Assembly (NCBI GenBank): GCA_963740355.1
Contig: CAVUDW010000003.1
Coordinates: forward strand, 224,001 to 288,000
Direction: 5' to 3'
Length of the DNA stretch: 64,000 bases
DNA from: an uncultured Gemmatimonadaceae bacterium
Lineage (GTDB): Bacteria; Gemmatimonadota; Gemmatimonadetes; Gemmatimonadales; Gemmatimonadaceae
In this document: positions 9,664 through 20,006 of the stretch, in pieces
How positions within the stretch are numbered: the first letter of the stretch is position 1
Layout of the letters: each line of letters opens with the position of its first letter
The notes under the pieces: generated by a model
Databases searched by the model: none
Told to the model about the DNA's origin: nothing
Seen by the model: only the letters and a program-made list of their open reading frames with translations
Made by a program: the position numbers and the translations under genes

Positions 9664-10386
9664 TCAGCGGCTGATCGTGCCCCACACGCCGAACTTCGCG
9701 TCGGCGGCGGTGCTGGACAGGAGCGCGGACTTCGGGAGCTCGATGGCGATCGCCAGCGTGTTGAACGGGCGCAGGAAGTCGACGCCAGGGGTGCGGAATG
9801 ACGTTGCGGCCGCACCATTCTGTGTCGCCAGCGGGCCGGTCGATGGGCGACGATCGGGGATGATGTTGAAGAACTGCTCGAGGTCGATCACGAACGGATC
9901 CGCCTTGAGACCAGCGAATGCCTGAATGCCTGCGGCGTCACCGCTGGCGCTGCCGACAGTGCCGGTGACGACGGTGCCGGAGGTAACGAGCATGGTCTTG
10001 GTGCCGGTCATCGTCGGCGCGACGGGACCGCGCACGGTGTACTTCTGTGCGGCGCCGACACCGTTGTCGAAGGTCACCTGAAAGACGAGATCCTCGACCG
10101 CGTCGCCGGTGTTGTCGACCTTCAGCTGGTACAGAAGGTTGGGATCGAACGAGGCGCTCTGCCCGGCAATGGGGCTCGAGGTGGTGAGCACCAGGGCAAT
10201 GCGCGAGTCGCTCGATCCCGGGAAGGCGTAGACATCGTTGATGTCCATGCGCGGGCTGAGCTCGACTTCAGGGGTATCCTGATGGTCTGAAGCGTAGACG
10301 CGCTGTCCGATTACGAGCGCTGCGGCACCGAGGGCAACCAGTGCCGTCGTGCGCAACGGGCGTCGCGAAAAGGAAGGAAGATTCAT
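9664..10386 (-). CDS. DUF4331-family secreted protein (N-terminal-half type)
   Basis: Signal peptide then ASDHQDTP, DINDVYAF, FDPNLLYQLKVDNTGD, FAGLKADPF and GVWGTISR. Confidence 0.75.
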   Translation of the reverse strand: MNLPSFSRRPLRTTALVALGAAALVIGQRVYASDHQDTPEVELSPRMDINDVYAFPGSSDSRIALVLTTSSPIAGQSASFDPNLLYQLKVDNTGDAVEDLVFQVTFDNGVGAAQKYTVRGPVAPTMTGTKTMLVTSGTVVTGTVGSASGDAAGIQAFAGLKADPFVIDLEQFFNIIPDRRPSTGPLATQNGAAATSFRTPGVDFLRPFNTLAIAIELPKSALLSSTAADAKFGVWGTISR

Positions 10387-10480
10387 GTGTGGCGGCCGTG
10401 AGCGGGTGAGCGGCAGGTAGTTCACCGGTGACCTGTGAGAGGTCACACAGAGCCGGTCAGGATGGACCGGTTGCTCGAGC

Positions 10481-10506
10481 TACGACACGGACCGCCAATC
10501 GGATCT
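10481..10506 (-). promoter_or_regulatory. Putative ECF sigma promoter of the DUF4331 operon
   Basis: Minus strand reads AGATCC-N16-CGTA, about 95 nt upstream of the start at 10386. Confidence 0.45.
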
Positions 10507-10561
10507 TTCCGCCAGAACATCGCTCTTCGCCGGGAGAGCCCCCTCCGCGGCGTGCAGTCCG

Positions 10562-11410
10562 TCAGGCCGGCCTGAACATCTGCCGCTGTGCGCCGAGGTG
10601 GGCCACGCGAAGGTCGACGACGTCGCCGGCGACGAGGAAGGTTGGCGGCGTCATCGCCATGCCGACACCCGGTGGTGTGCCGGTGGCGATCAGATCACCG
10701 GCCTCGAGCGTCATGAACTGCGAGAGGTAGTGTACGAGAAAGTACGGATCGAACACCATGTTGGCGGTCGTCCCGGTCTGCCGGCGAACGCCATTCACAT
10801 CCAGCTCGAGTGACAGCGCGTTGACGTCCGGGATTTCGTCGGGCGTCGCCATCCACGGTCCGGTCGGGGCGAACGTGTCGCACGACTTGCCTTTCGTCCA
10901 CTGCCCGCCGCGTTCCACCTGGAACTCGCGCTCGGACACATCATGCACGATGCAATAGCCGGCGATGTGCGATGCAGCATCGGCGACCGTGTCGAGGTAC
11001 CGCGCATCGCGGCCAATCACGATCCCGAGTTCCACTTCCCAGTCGGTCTTTTGGGACAGGCGCGGAATGAGCACGTCGTCGTACGGGCCCACGACGGTGT
11101 TGGTGCCCTTGAGAAAGACGATCGGCTCCCTCGGCACCTTGGCGCCGACTTCAGCGGCATGATCGGTGTAGTTCAACCCGATGCACACCACCTTGCCCGG
11201 TCGGGGCACACACGCCGCCCATCGCGCATCTGCCGGGACATCCGTGAACGCCACGCCCGATGCGAGCGCCTCGCGCAATTGCGTGAGGCCGCCAGACCGG
11301 AAGAACGCGGGCGTCCAGTCACTGAAGTGTGCCGAGCAGTCCTTGCGCACGCCATTCACGAGAATGCCAGGACGTTCGGCGCCGACAGCCCCCCATCGGA
11401 TCAGTTGCAT
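10562..11410 (-). CDS. Fumarylacetoacetate hydrolase family protein
   Basis: KVVCIGLNY, DWEVELG, HDVSER, GKSCDTFAPTGP and GDLIATGTPPGVG. Confidence 0.92.
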   Translation of the reverse strand: MQLIRWGAVGAERPGILVNGVRKDCSAHFSDWTPAFFRSGGLTQLREALASGVAFTDVPADARWAACVPRPGKVVCIGLNYTDHAAEVGAKVPREPIVFLKGTNTVVGPYDDVLIPRLSQKTDWEVELGIVIGRDARYLDTVADAASHIAGYCIVHDVSEREFQVERGGQWTKGKSCDTFAPTGPWMATPDEIPDVNALSLELDVNGVRRQTGTTANMVFDPYFLVHYLSQFMTLEAGDLIATGTPPGVGMAMTPPTFLVAGDVVDLRVAHLGAQRQMFRPA

Positions 11411-11459
11411 CAGTGTGACCTGGCGGAATGAAGGAACCTGCGGACAGTATTGAGAACGG

Positions 11460-11912
11460 TCATTTCTTCTTGCGCGGCGCGGATTCGTGGGCCGCGATCA
11501 TCCGCTCCACCGGCGTCGATGCGACGATGTCACCGATCACGTCCAGTGGAAGATCCTCGAGCTTCTTGAATCGGATGCAGCACTTCCCCATGTCGAGCTT
11601 CTTGCCAGCCGCCTTGAAGCCGGCGACAAGACGGTCGTGCAGCCTCTTGTCGCCGTAGACGTTCATCATGTAGATGGCGTAGTTGTTCTTCTGCGCGGCA
11701 AGCCCAATGTATGACAGCGGCTGCTTGTTATACGTGATCGGGTACCGGCTGAGCGGAACCTCGTACGAGAGCATGCCCCAGTTCATCGTTTCGACATAGC
11801 CGTCAGGCAGCCGCCGGTTCACCAGATCGCGAACCGCAGCGATCACCGCCCGACGCTCTGGTGGGAGGCTGGCGAGGTAGGCCGTCGGTGTGGTTTCCTT
11901 GCTCGAGACCAT
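11460..11912 (-). CDS. DUF1801 (YdhG-like) protein, copy 2
   Basis: AYLASLPPERR, NWGMLSYEVPL, LAAQKNNYAIY and KLDMGKCCIRF. Likely start is ATG 11912, with a GGAG RBS. Confidence 0.8.
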   Translation of the reverse strand: MVSSKETTPTAYLASLPPERRAVIAAVRDLVNRRLPDGYVETMNWGMLSYEVPLSRYPITYNKQPLSYIGLAAQKNNYAIYMMNVYGDKRLHDRLVAGFKAAGKKLDMGKCCIRFKKLEDLPLDVIGDIVASTPVERMIAAHESAPRKKK

Positions 11913-11947
11913 CGGTGCTCCACCGTCAGGGTGAACGAGCGTGCAAG

Positions 11948-12397
11948 TCAGGCCTTCTCGCGTGAGGCTTCGTAGATCTCGATGCGCTTCTCCACGGGCG
12001 TCGACGCCACCATGTCCGCCACGACATCCAGCGGCAGCTCCTCGAGGGTCTTGAAGCGCAGGCATCCCTTCCCCATGTCGAGCTTCTTTCCCGCCGCCTT
12101 GTACGCTGCGGCGAGGCGCGCCATCAGCGTCTTGTCACTCGAGACACTGGTGAGGTAGAGTGCGTAGTTGTTCTTTTGCGCCGCAAGCGCCATGTACATC
12201 AGGGGCTGCTTGTTGTACGTATCGGGGTAGCGCGCGAGGGGAATTTCATAGGCCAGCATGCCCCAGTTCATCGTCTCGACATACCCTTTCGGCAAGTGCT
12301 TCTTCACCACGGTGCGCACTGCAGACACGACCTTGCGCCGTTCCGGTGGAAGGCTGGCCAGATACGCTGCGGGCGTGACTTCCTTGCTTGTTGCCAT
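11948..12397 (-). CDS. DUF1801 (YdhG-like) protein, copy 1
   Basis: Same motifs as the neighbouring copy (KLDMGKGCLRF). GGAG RBS. Confidence 0.8.
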   Translation of the reverse strand: MATSKEVTPAAYLASLPPERRKVVSAVRTVVKKHLPKGYVETMNWGMLAYEIPLARYPDTYNKQPLMYMALAAQKNNYALYLTSVSSDKTLMARLAAAYKAAGKKLDMGKGCLRFKTLEELPLDVVADMVASTPVEKRIEIYEASREKA

Positions 12398-12469
12398 GTG
12401 CGCTCCATTGCCTGATCAGTGCGACCCGTGCTCGGACCGAGCGGCGATCCGATCAACACAATCGGCGAC

Positions 12470-13180
12470 GTGACAGCGCTGATCAAGTACCTCGGCAACC
12501 TTGGGTACGGATCTCGCCGTGAGGTGGAGGCGATGGTGAAGGCGCGGCGCGTGACACGCGCCGACGGCACGGTACTGCGCGACGAGGATCGCTGGACACA
12601 CGACGACCTCCGCCTGGATGGCGCCGGCCTCGATCCGGCCCCGGGATCGGTCCTGCTGCTGCACAAGCCGGTCGGCTACGTCTGCTCCACCAGTGACGTG
12701 CCGCCGTTGGTGTACGAGCTCCTGCCAGAACGCTTTCTACGCCGCAGGCCGGTGATCGCCACCGTGGGCCGTCTCGACCGCGACACGAGCGGCCTGCTGC
12801 TGCTGACCGATGACGGCGCCCTGAACCATCGGCTTACGTCGCCGAAGTCACACCTGCCGAAGACGTACCGCGCCACCCTCGCCGATCCCGTGCGCGGCGA
12901 TGAGGCGGTGCTTTTCGCCAGTGGCACGTTGCAGCTGAGCGGCGAGGACACCCCGCTCGCACCGGCGCAACTGGTGATCCTCGATCCGCAGACAGTGGAG
13001 CTCACACTTACCGAAGGGCGCTATCATCAGGCCCGGCGCATGTTCGCGGCCGTTGGCAATTTTGTCGTCACCTTGCACCGCACCCGATTCGGCTCGCTGT
13101 CACTCGACGACCTGTCATCCGGTGCCTGGCGCACGCTGTCGGACGCGGAGCGAATCCAGCTCGACGTGCGTCAGCGCTGA
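12470..13180 (+). CDS. RsuA-family rRNA pseudouridine synthase
   Basis: S4-like N-terminus (GSRREVE), LHKPVGYV, catalytic GRLDRDTSGLLLLT and EGRYHQ. Probable GTG start at 12470. Confidence 0.9.
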   Translation: MTALIKYLGNLGYGSRREVEAMVKARRVTRADGTVLRDEDRWTHDDLRLDGAGLDPAPGSVLLLHKPVGYVCSTSDVPPLVYELLPERFLRRRPVIATVGRLDRDTSGLLLLTDDGALNHRLTSPKSHLPKTYRATLADPVRGDEAVLFASGTLQLSGEDTPLAPAQLVILDPQTVELTLTEGRYHQARRMFAAVGNFVVTLHRTRFGSLSLDDLSSGAWRTLSDAERIQLDVRQR

Positions 13181-14382
13181 CGAGTCGCGCCGAGCACCTT
13201 GAAGCGCGGTCCGTCGTGCAGCATCGTGAGGTTGCCGAAGGTATCGTGCACGATCTTTTCGTACGGCAGCGTGCGATTCGCCACCAGCGCGACTCGACCT
13301 CCCGGCTTGAGCACGCGCCACGCGTCGAGAATGAACTGCGTCGGAACATCGAGGTCCGTCATCTTGCCGACGTGGAATGGCGGATTGCACACCACCAGAT
13401 CAAAGCGCTCGTCGAGCACTGCGGACGCGACATCACTGGTCAGTGCACGGCAGTTGGTATACGCCCCCAGCGCCAACGCACGCTCGACGCACCGAATGGC
13501 CTCGGAATCGACATCGACGAGGGTCACCGTGCCGGTATCGACGAGGTGTGATGCGAGCAGGCCGAGGGCTCCGCTTCCGCACCCGAGATCGAGCACATCG
13601 TCAGCGCTGCGCACCTCCATCACATCAGCGAGAATGGATGTGGCTTCATCGAGATGCTCCCAGGAGAACACGCCCGGCCGACTGTAGAGATGCAGAGGGG
13701 TCTCGCGCAGCGTGACATCCAATTCGCGGAAACTGTCGTGCGCCAGGTACGGGTTCTGGAACGGCGTAGCGTCCACCGGCGTGGCACCACGCTTGACCGC
13801 CATCACCGCGCGGTGCCCGCTGTCGTTGCCGAGGACCGTAGCATTCCCGAACAGCTCCTTGAGCAACGAGGCAGCAGATTTCACGCCTTCACCGGTGGCG
13901 CCGGCGATGCAGCACTGGCCCCCTATCCGCAGGATCCGGAAGGCGTCGGATAGCAGCTGCAAGAGCGCGATCTTCTCCGTCGGGATCCGGATCACGACCA
14001 CATCCGCGACCACCGATGGCTCGAGCGGCGCCGCGCCATGGCCGGCCAGCACGAGAGCATTCGTCACGCCATTGGCAGCGATCGTCCGCCGCGCCGCCTC
14101 GACGGCTACCAGGCTGCGGTCGGTGAGGTACACCTGCTTCGCGCCACGGCCGAGTGCGGCCACGACACCGAACAACCCACTGCCGCACTGCATCTGCACC
14201 ACGATCGCACCGGGCGAGACGACCACGCGCTCGGCAAGGAGTGTGGCGGCGGTATCATCCCGCCCATGCGCCAACAGGCCCGGCTTGGTCGCGACGGCGT
14301 ACGCATGGCCGGCGACGGTGACGGTACGCTGACGCCAGGTGTGGTAGTCGAGCGGACGAGCTGGGACGAAGCGATCGGCCAT
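13171..14382 (-). CDS. Class I SAM methyltransferase, RsmC/MTS-like with duplicated domain
   Basis: SRPGVFSWEHLDEAT, VLDLGCGSG and NPPFH. Degenerate N-terminal MTase domain (MQCGSG). Start is uncertain (14382 or 14454). Confidence 0.8.
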   Translation of the reverse strand: MADRFVPARPLDYHTWRQRTVTVAGHAYAVATKPGLLAHGRDDTAATLLAERVVVSPGAIVVQMQCGSGLFGVVAALGRGAKQVYLTDRSLVAVEAARRTIAANGVTNALVLAGHGAAPLEPSVVADVVVIRIPTEKIALLQLLSDAFRILRIGGQCCIAGATGEGVKSAASLLKELFGNATVLGNDSGHRAVMAVKRGATPVDATPFQNPYLAHDSFRELDVTLRETPLHLYSRPGVFSWEHLDEATSILADVMEVRSADDVLDLGCGSGALGLLASHLVDTGTVTLVDVDSEAIRCVERALALGAYTNCRALTSDVASAVLDERFDLVVCNPPFHVGKMTDLDVPTQFILDAWRVLKPGGRVALVANRTLPYEKIVHDTFGNLTMLHDGPRFKVLGATRQR

Positions 14383-14543
14383 CTTTTGTCGAAAGGAAGC
14401 AAACTCTGCCGCAAACTGTCGGGGCGGCTGGAGCCGGAAGGATAAGTCGTCCATTGATCCACCGTTGGGGACACGGGCACTGCGAGCGTTGCCCGCCGTC
14501 ATCCCCACAGGCAGCTTCAGGCACGGCCCTTTCCCTTCACTCG

Positions 14544-15650
14544 ATGCTTCCACTCCCCTCCGGAAGCCCGGCACGATACCTGAGCGGCGTGTATGCGGCG
14601 CTGCTGGTGGCGTTCACACCATCGCTCCACGCACAGGAAGTGCGCGGTTTGGCGCGATTTGACGCACGCGGCGACGCCGTCTGGGGTGCGAATGTCACGC
14701 TGATCGACTCGCTCGGTCGACAGGCTGGGACCGCGCGCACGAATCGACGCGGCGAATTCTCTGTGCGGGCGCCGCTGCCCGGGACGTATTGGCTCGAGCT
14801 GTCGGCACGCACCGTGGGCCGAACGTCATCACCGGTGTTCGTGCTCGACAGCGGTGCCACGTTGAATTACGAGCACGTCTTCCGCCAAAGCCTGTCGGCG
14901 ACCGCGCGTGGCGAGAACGTGACGGCGCAGACTGTCCTGCAGGGCCCGTTCCGTGACAGTAGCTCGGGCAAGGTGTACCGCGCCGTGGGCCGCAGGAAGA
15001 GCCCACAGGTGCAGGTCACGGTCCTCGACGCTCGCAACGAGTCCCCCATCGCCAACGCGGAACTGGCCCTGGTGGCGATCGACTCGCGCCTCGAGCAGGT
15101 GGTTGGCGCGGCGACGATGGCGGACGGCACGGCTGGCTTCCGCGACCTGCAGCCTACGTGGTACCGGGTGGTCGGTCGCCGGATCGGCTTCGAGCCTGGA
15201 GGCACGATCTCGTTCCCGATTCTCGGCGAGAACGACAGCGTCTCGGTCGTGCTGCGACTCAACACCGTGACCGTGCTGGACGAGGTGAAGGTGATGGAGC
15301 AGCGCATTACGGCCTTCGGGTTCAACCTCAACCTGATGAACCGCTTCTACCTCGGCGGTGAGCAGCTCCGCGAGCGCAATCCCTCGGCGCGCAACATCGA
15401 CGAGTTGATCTATTCGCTGCGCATCCCGGGCCTGAGCGTGAAGACCGGCGAAATGGAGTCCATCGTCACCTATCGCGGGCAACGTGTGCGCGTCTTCATC
15501 CTCGACGGCAGTCGCACCAACGGCGAACTGCCACTGCTCGAGCCGGGCTCGGTGGAATCGCTGATGTTCGTGCCGCCCAATGAAGCAGGCGCCGTCTTTG
15601 GGCCGGATGCGAGCGGCGGGGTGTTGATCCTGAATACCCGCCGGAGATAA
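14544..15650 (+). CDS. Secreted protein with two carboxypeptidase-regulatory-like domains and a C-terminal plug-like segment
   Basis: Signal peptide (SLHA|QE), two beta-sandwich repeats (GANVTL..TNRRGEF and IANAEL..RRIGFEP), and C-terminal VESLMFV..AGAVFG..GGVLILNTR. Confidence 0.6.
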   Translation: MLPLPSGSPARYLSGVYAALLVAFTPSLHAQEVRGLARFDARGDAVWGANVTLIDSLGRQAGTARTNRRGEFSVRAPLPGTYWLELSARTVGRTSSPVFVLDSGATLNYEHVFRQSLSATARGENVTAQTVLQGPFRDSSSGKVYRAVGRRKSPQVQVTVLDARNESPIANAELALVAIDSRLEQVVGAATMADGTAGFRDLQPTWYRVVGRRIGFEPGGTISFPILGENDSVSVVLRLNTVTVLDEVKVMEQRITAFGFNLNLMNRFYLGGEQLRERNPSARNIDELIYSLRIPGLSVKTGEMESIVTYRGQRVRVFILDGSRTNGELPLLEPGSVESLMFVPPNEAGAVFGPDASGGVLILNTRRR

Positions 15651-15790
15651 CGCAGGCGGCGCGTTGTGGTGTCGCAGATTTCGTTAGCGCGTCACAATAA
15701 ACACATCGCGCAGCCTCGGCACGCAGGACGCATCAAAAACGACATACGCGTCTGCGATTTCCCTGCGTAGTACATCACGAATCGGGCATG

Positions 15791-15818
15791 TTCAGCTTCA
15801 CGCGAAACCGGTCGATAC
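15791..15818 (+). promoter_or_regulatory. Sigma28 (FliA)-like promoter of MCP1
   Basis: TTCAG-N15-GTCGATAC, 70 nt upstream of the MCP start. Confidence 0.55.
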
Positions 15819-15887
15819 AAGCAAGTACGGCTTGTCGCCCCCACCCTCCGCGACTGCAAGCCATACATCCTTACTCAAGAAACCGTT

Positions 15888-17679
15888 GTGACTGACACAC
15901 AGCATACGATGCTGCAGCGCGGGCGCGCCGATGTGGATCGCGCCCTCGGCCTCCTGCTCCTTGCACACTTCCCCGTGGCACTGGCGCTGGCGTTCTGGCA
16001 TGGCACATGGGCGGTAGCGCTATTGATTGCCGCCCCCGTGTCACTCGGTGTTTTCTGGCGGACCCGAACCAGTGCAGGTGCGCCATCGACGCGCTATGCA
16101 GTGGCGGCGGCCTTCATGACCTATTCGGCCATCTTCATTCACCAATCGAATGGGATGATCGAGCTCCACTTCCACATCTTCGTCTGCCTTGCCTTCCTGC
16201 TGACCTATCGCGACTGGCATGTGCCTGTGATCGGCGCTGCGGTCATCGCGGTGCATCACGTGTTGTTCATGTTCATCCAGAATGCCGGCGTCAAAGCCTA
16301 TGCCTTCCCGATCGGGCATCACACGGAATTCGGCCTGGTGGCATTGCACGCTGGCTTCGTGGTGCTTGAAACCGCGAGTCCTGGTGTGGATGAGCCTGAA
16401 GCTGGCGCAGGAAGTGAGCGAAGCCGATGGCCTGCAGGCCGTGGCACGGCAACTGGCACGTGGCAACCTCGATGTGGAGGTCGCTGGCGGCGAGATGGCA
16501 GCTGCGTATCGCCAGGTCATCATCGCCGTACGGTCACTGGTGAGTGAAGCCACCGCCGTCTCCGATGCCACGCAGCGGAATGACTTCAGCCGCCGCGGCA
16601 ACACCGCGCTCTTCGAAGGTTCGTTTCGGAGCGTGATCGAGGGGCTGAACGCCTCGATGGATGCGGTGCACGCCTCGCAGCAGACCGCGGAGACGCAGCG
16701 CGATGATGTGTTGTCCTTCCTTGCCGCGCTGCAGACAGCTGTGGGCAGCGTTGGCGACCGCGACATGACGGCGCGACTGGCCGGCACGTTCTCGGGCGAC
16801 CAGGCGGAGGCGCAGAACACATTCAACGCGGCGATCGAACGTCTCGAAATCACACTGGCGGATGCCTCGACGCTTTCCACCAAGTGTCGCGACGCCAGCG
16901 CCACCATTTCCGAGGGCAGCGGGCGCCTCGCACGCGGCGCATCGGATCAGGCGGCCGCCGTGGAAGAATCGTCGGCGTCGCTGCAGGAACTGAGCGCCAT
17001 GACCAAGTCCACCTCCGAGCACGCCCGCGAGGCGCGCTCGCTGGCGGACACCACCCGCACCGCAGCCTCCAACAGTGTGCAGGCGATGGAAGCGTTGAGC
17101 GTGGCGATGGAGAAGATCAAGCGCAGCGCCGATGAGACAGCCAAGATCGTGCGCACGATCGACGAGATCGCGTTCCAGACCAACCTGCTGGCCCTGAATG
17201 CTGCCGTGGAAGCAGCACGAGCGGGCGACGCTGGTCGCGGGTTTGCCGTGGTGGCAGACGAGGTGCGCAGCCTCGCGCTGCGCAGTGCTGAAGCCGCGCG
17301 GACGACCTCTGAGCTGATCGCCGACTCCGTCACACATGCCGCCACCGGTGCGCGCCTGTCTGGCGACGTCTCGGCGCGGCTGGCCGACATCGACACACAC
17401 GTGCACAAGGTGCGCGACGTCATCAACGAAATCGCATCGGCGAACGAGCAGCAGGCCGAAGGCGTGGAGCAGATCACGACAGCCATCGAGCAGGTCGGAC
17501 GGATCACCATCGAGACCTCGGCCAACGCCGAGCAGTCGCAGGAGATTGCGGGCTCCCTCTCGGCCGAGGCCGAGCGCATGGCGCTGTTGCTGGCGGACTT
17601 CAAGGTTCGCACGACGAGCGGCGCCTCGAAGGCTCGCCCGCCGGTGCGCAACAAGCGCGTTCTGTCACTCGCAGGCTGA
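15888..17679 (+). pseudogene. Methyl-accepting chemotaxis protein with multipass His-rich membrane domain; +1 frameshift near 16377 (probably an assembly error)
   Basis: ORF 15888 encodes the TM domain. ORF 16282..17679 encodes the HAMP and signalling domains ([20 protein letters not shown]). Removing one base in accgcgAgtcctg joins them as ...VLETAVLVWMS... Confidence 0.8.
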
Positions 17680-17694
17680 CGCATGATCGAATGA

Positions 17695-17737
17695 CGCCGC
17701 ACACGCCGTGAATGACGGTGTGTGCGGCGCTTTCGTT
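17695..17737 (+). terminator. Intrinsic terminator after MCP1
   Basis: cgccgcacacgccgt-gaatg-acggtgtgtgcggcg stem followed by ctttcgtt. Confidence 0.65.
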
Positions 17738-17802
17738 CGCCAGGGTGAGTCGCGCGGCCAACGCATGTGGATTTCCTCATACGCGCCAACACACGGGGCG
17801 GC

Positions 17803-17830
17803 TCAAGCGATAGGACCCGAGGTCCGAAAC
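17803..17830 (+). promoter_or_regulatory. Sigma28-like promoter of MCP2
   Basis: TCAAG-N15-TCCGAAAC, 68 nt upstream of the start. Confidence 0.5.
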
Positions 17831-17897
17831 TCGTTCCATGTAGGGCAACGCTGGACGCGTCTGTCCGGCCGTCGCCTCCCCCTGAATCCCCGAACCG

Positions 17898-19985
17898 ATG
17901 CTGTCCTCCATGTCGTTGCGTGCCCGCATGTTTGCGGTGGCGCTGCTCGGTGCCGTCGGCACCGTCGTCGTTGGATCGGTCGGGTATCTCGGCCTCAATC
18001 GCAGCCTGACTGCGACCCAGGACCTGTCCACCGCAGCCGTGATGCAGCGCGACCAGATGCAGGCCGACATGATGCATGACGCCATCAGGTCCGATGTCTA
18101 CTCGGCGCTGCTGGCAAGCAACACGGCAGACTCGGTACGCGCGAACGCCGCAGTCGCCGACCTCTCGGAGCACACCAAGGAATTCCGCACGGCGATCGCA
18201 ACGATCGACAAGACGACGCGAAGCGTGAAACTCCGGGCCAAGATCAAGGAGATGACGCCCGACATGGACGCCTATCTGGCAGGCGCCGGCAAGATCATCG
18301 GTGATGCGTCGTCAGGCTCGTTCTCTTCGCGCTCCGAGATCGCGGCGTTCGAGGCGCAGTTCAAGGCCCTCGAAGGGCAGATGGAAGCGTTCGGGAACAT
18401 CATCGGCAGCGAAGCAAGCACGGCATCGGCATCCGCGACAGCGCTCTTCCGCACGGCGAAGGTCGTCATGGTGTGCGTCTCGCTGCTCATCATCGTCGTG
18501 TCGCTGTTCGCGTCGATACGAACGGAGCAACGCATCAGTCGCGGCCTGAAGGCCGTGGGTGACCGGGCCGCGCAGCTCCGCAGCGCCTGCATCACGGACC
18601 TCAACACCGCCATCCTCGCCATGGCGCGCGGCGACCTGACGGCGTCCGTGCAAGCCACGACGCAGCAACTGGCTGTGACATCGACGGACGAGCTGGGCGA
18701 GCTGACCACCAACGTGAACCAGATCATCGCGATGTCGCAGTCCACGATCGTCGCGTTCAATGCCGCACGCGACAGCGTACAGCGGCTGGTCGCCGAGACG
18801 CATGGATTGACCCTCGCGGCGCAGACGGGCGACCTCGCCAAGCGCGCCGATGCGACGGGTTTCGAGGGAAGCTTCCGCGACGTGGTGCTCGGTGTGAACC
18901 AGACCCTCGACTCGGTGATCGCCCCCGTCAACGAAGCGACCACGCAGCTCGAGCGGCTCGCCGAGCGCGACCTCACCGCGCGCGTCACCGGGACGTTCCA
19001 CGGCGATCATGCCAAGATCCAGCACGCCTTCAACACCGCGCTCGAAAATCTCGCCGGCGCGATGACTGCCGTATCGGAGACGGCGGAAGGCGTGGCAACC
19101 AGCGCGGCGCAGATCGACGCTGGAAGCCAGTCGCTGGCGCAGTCGGCAAGCGACCAGGCGGCATCATTGCAGGAAATCTCGGCCAGCGCCCGCGAGCTGT
19201 CCGCCATGACCAAGCGAAATGCGGAGAGCGCCTCCGAAGGACGCACGTTGTCCGAAGGCGCACAACGGAGCACGGCGGAAGGGGTGACCGAGGCCCAGCG
19301 TCTCGCTGAAGCGATTGGTCGCATCAAGACCAGCTCGGAGGCCACCGCTCGCATCGTCAAGACCATCGATGAAATCGCATTCCAGACGAACCTGCTGGCG
19401 TTGAACGCCGCCGTCGAGGCCGCCCGTGCCGGCGACAGCGGACGCGGATTTGCCGTGGTTGCCGAGGAGGTGCGCAGTCTGGCACTGCGGTCGGCCGAGG
19501 CCGCGCGCACCACCTCGGAGTTGATCGAGGAGTCGGTGCGGAGCACCGAGCAGGGTGTGGCGATCAACGCTCGTGTGATCACGCAGCTCGGTGATATCGA
19601 GACGCGCGTCAGCCGCGTGGGCCAGGTCGTGACGGAGATTGCGGCCGCCAGCGACGAGCAGTCGAAGGGTGTGCAGCTGATCGACGGGGCGCTGGAAGAC
19701 ATGGCCCGCCGGACGCAGGAAGTCGCGGCGAATGCGGACCAGAGCAAGGGCGCCTCCGATGCTTTGCAAGAGCGGAGCGCGGAGATGCGTGAGCTGGTGA
19801 CCGGCTTCGAGCTTGGGCAGGGCGGCTCGAACATGAAGGCGGAACCGGCGTCGCGAGCGAGCGTTGGGCGAGGCCGCCCGCGTCGTAGTGCCTCGGCACG
19901 GTCGATCGCGTACGTCGCGTCCAGCAGCGTCGATCGGCCAGCGCCGGTCGAAGCCGAAGAATGGCAGGGTGCTGACCAGTTCTGA
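17898..19985 (+). CDS. Methyl-accepting chemotaxis protein (TM, four-helix ligand-binding domain, TM, multiple HAMP, signalling domain)
   Basis: Two TM helices, [13 protein letters not shown] ligand-binding motif and the hairpin tip [20 protein letters not shown]. Confidence 0.92.
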   Translation: MLSSMSLRARMFAVALLGAVGTVVVGSVGYLGLNRSLTATQDLSTAAVMQRDQMQADMMHDAIRSDVYSALLASNTADSVRANAAVADLSEHTKEFRTAIATIDKTTRSVKLRAKIKEMTPDMDAYLAGAGKIIGDASSGSFSSRSEIAAFEAQFKALEGQMEAFGNIIGSEASTASASATALFRTAKVVMVCVSLLIIVVSLFASIRTEQRISRGLKAVGDRAAQLRSACITDLNTAILAMARGDLTASVQATTQQLAVTSTDELGELTTNVNQIIAMSQSTIVAFNAARDSVQRLVAETHGLTLAAQTGDLAKRADATGFEGSFRDVVLGVNQTLDSVIAPVNEATTQLERLAERDLTARVTGTFHGDHAKIQHAFNTALENLAGAMTAVSETAEGVATSAAQIDAGSQSLAQSASDQAASLQEISASARELSAMTKRNAESASEGRTLSEGAQRSTAEGVTEAQRLAEAIGRIKTSSEATARIVKTIDEIAFQTNLLALNAAVEAARAGDSGRGFAVVAEEVRSLALRSAEAARTTSELIEESVRSTEQGVAINARVITQLGDIETRVSRVGQVVTEIAAASDEQSKGVQLIDGALEDMARRTQEVAANADQSKGASDALQERSAEMRELVTGFELGQGGSNMKAEPASRASVGRGRPRRSASARSIAYVASSSVDRPAPVEAEEWQGADQF

Positions 19986-20006
19986 CTGGTTCAGCACCCC
20001 GCAGCG

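Noticed and set aside
9062..10386. DUF4331 pair as one frameshifted gene
   Set aside because: The second ORF has its own start and lipoprotein signal after a 44-bp gap.
15716..15733. Sigma54 -24/-12 site (CGGCACGCAGGACGCA) upstream of MCP1
   Set aside because: The GG-N10-GC spacing fits, but the TTGC box is missing and a better sigma28-like match lies closer to the gene.
15651..15887. c-di-GMP riboswitch upstream of the chemoreceptor
   Set aside because: I could not find a GEMM-like two-hairpin core by eye. An Infernal/Rfam scan would be needed to exclude it.
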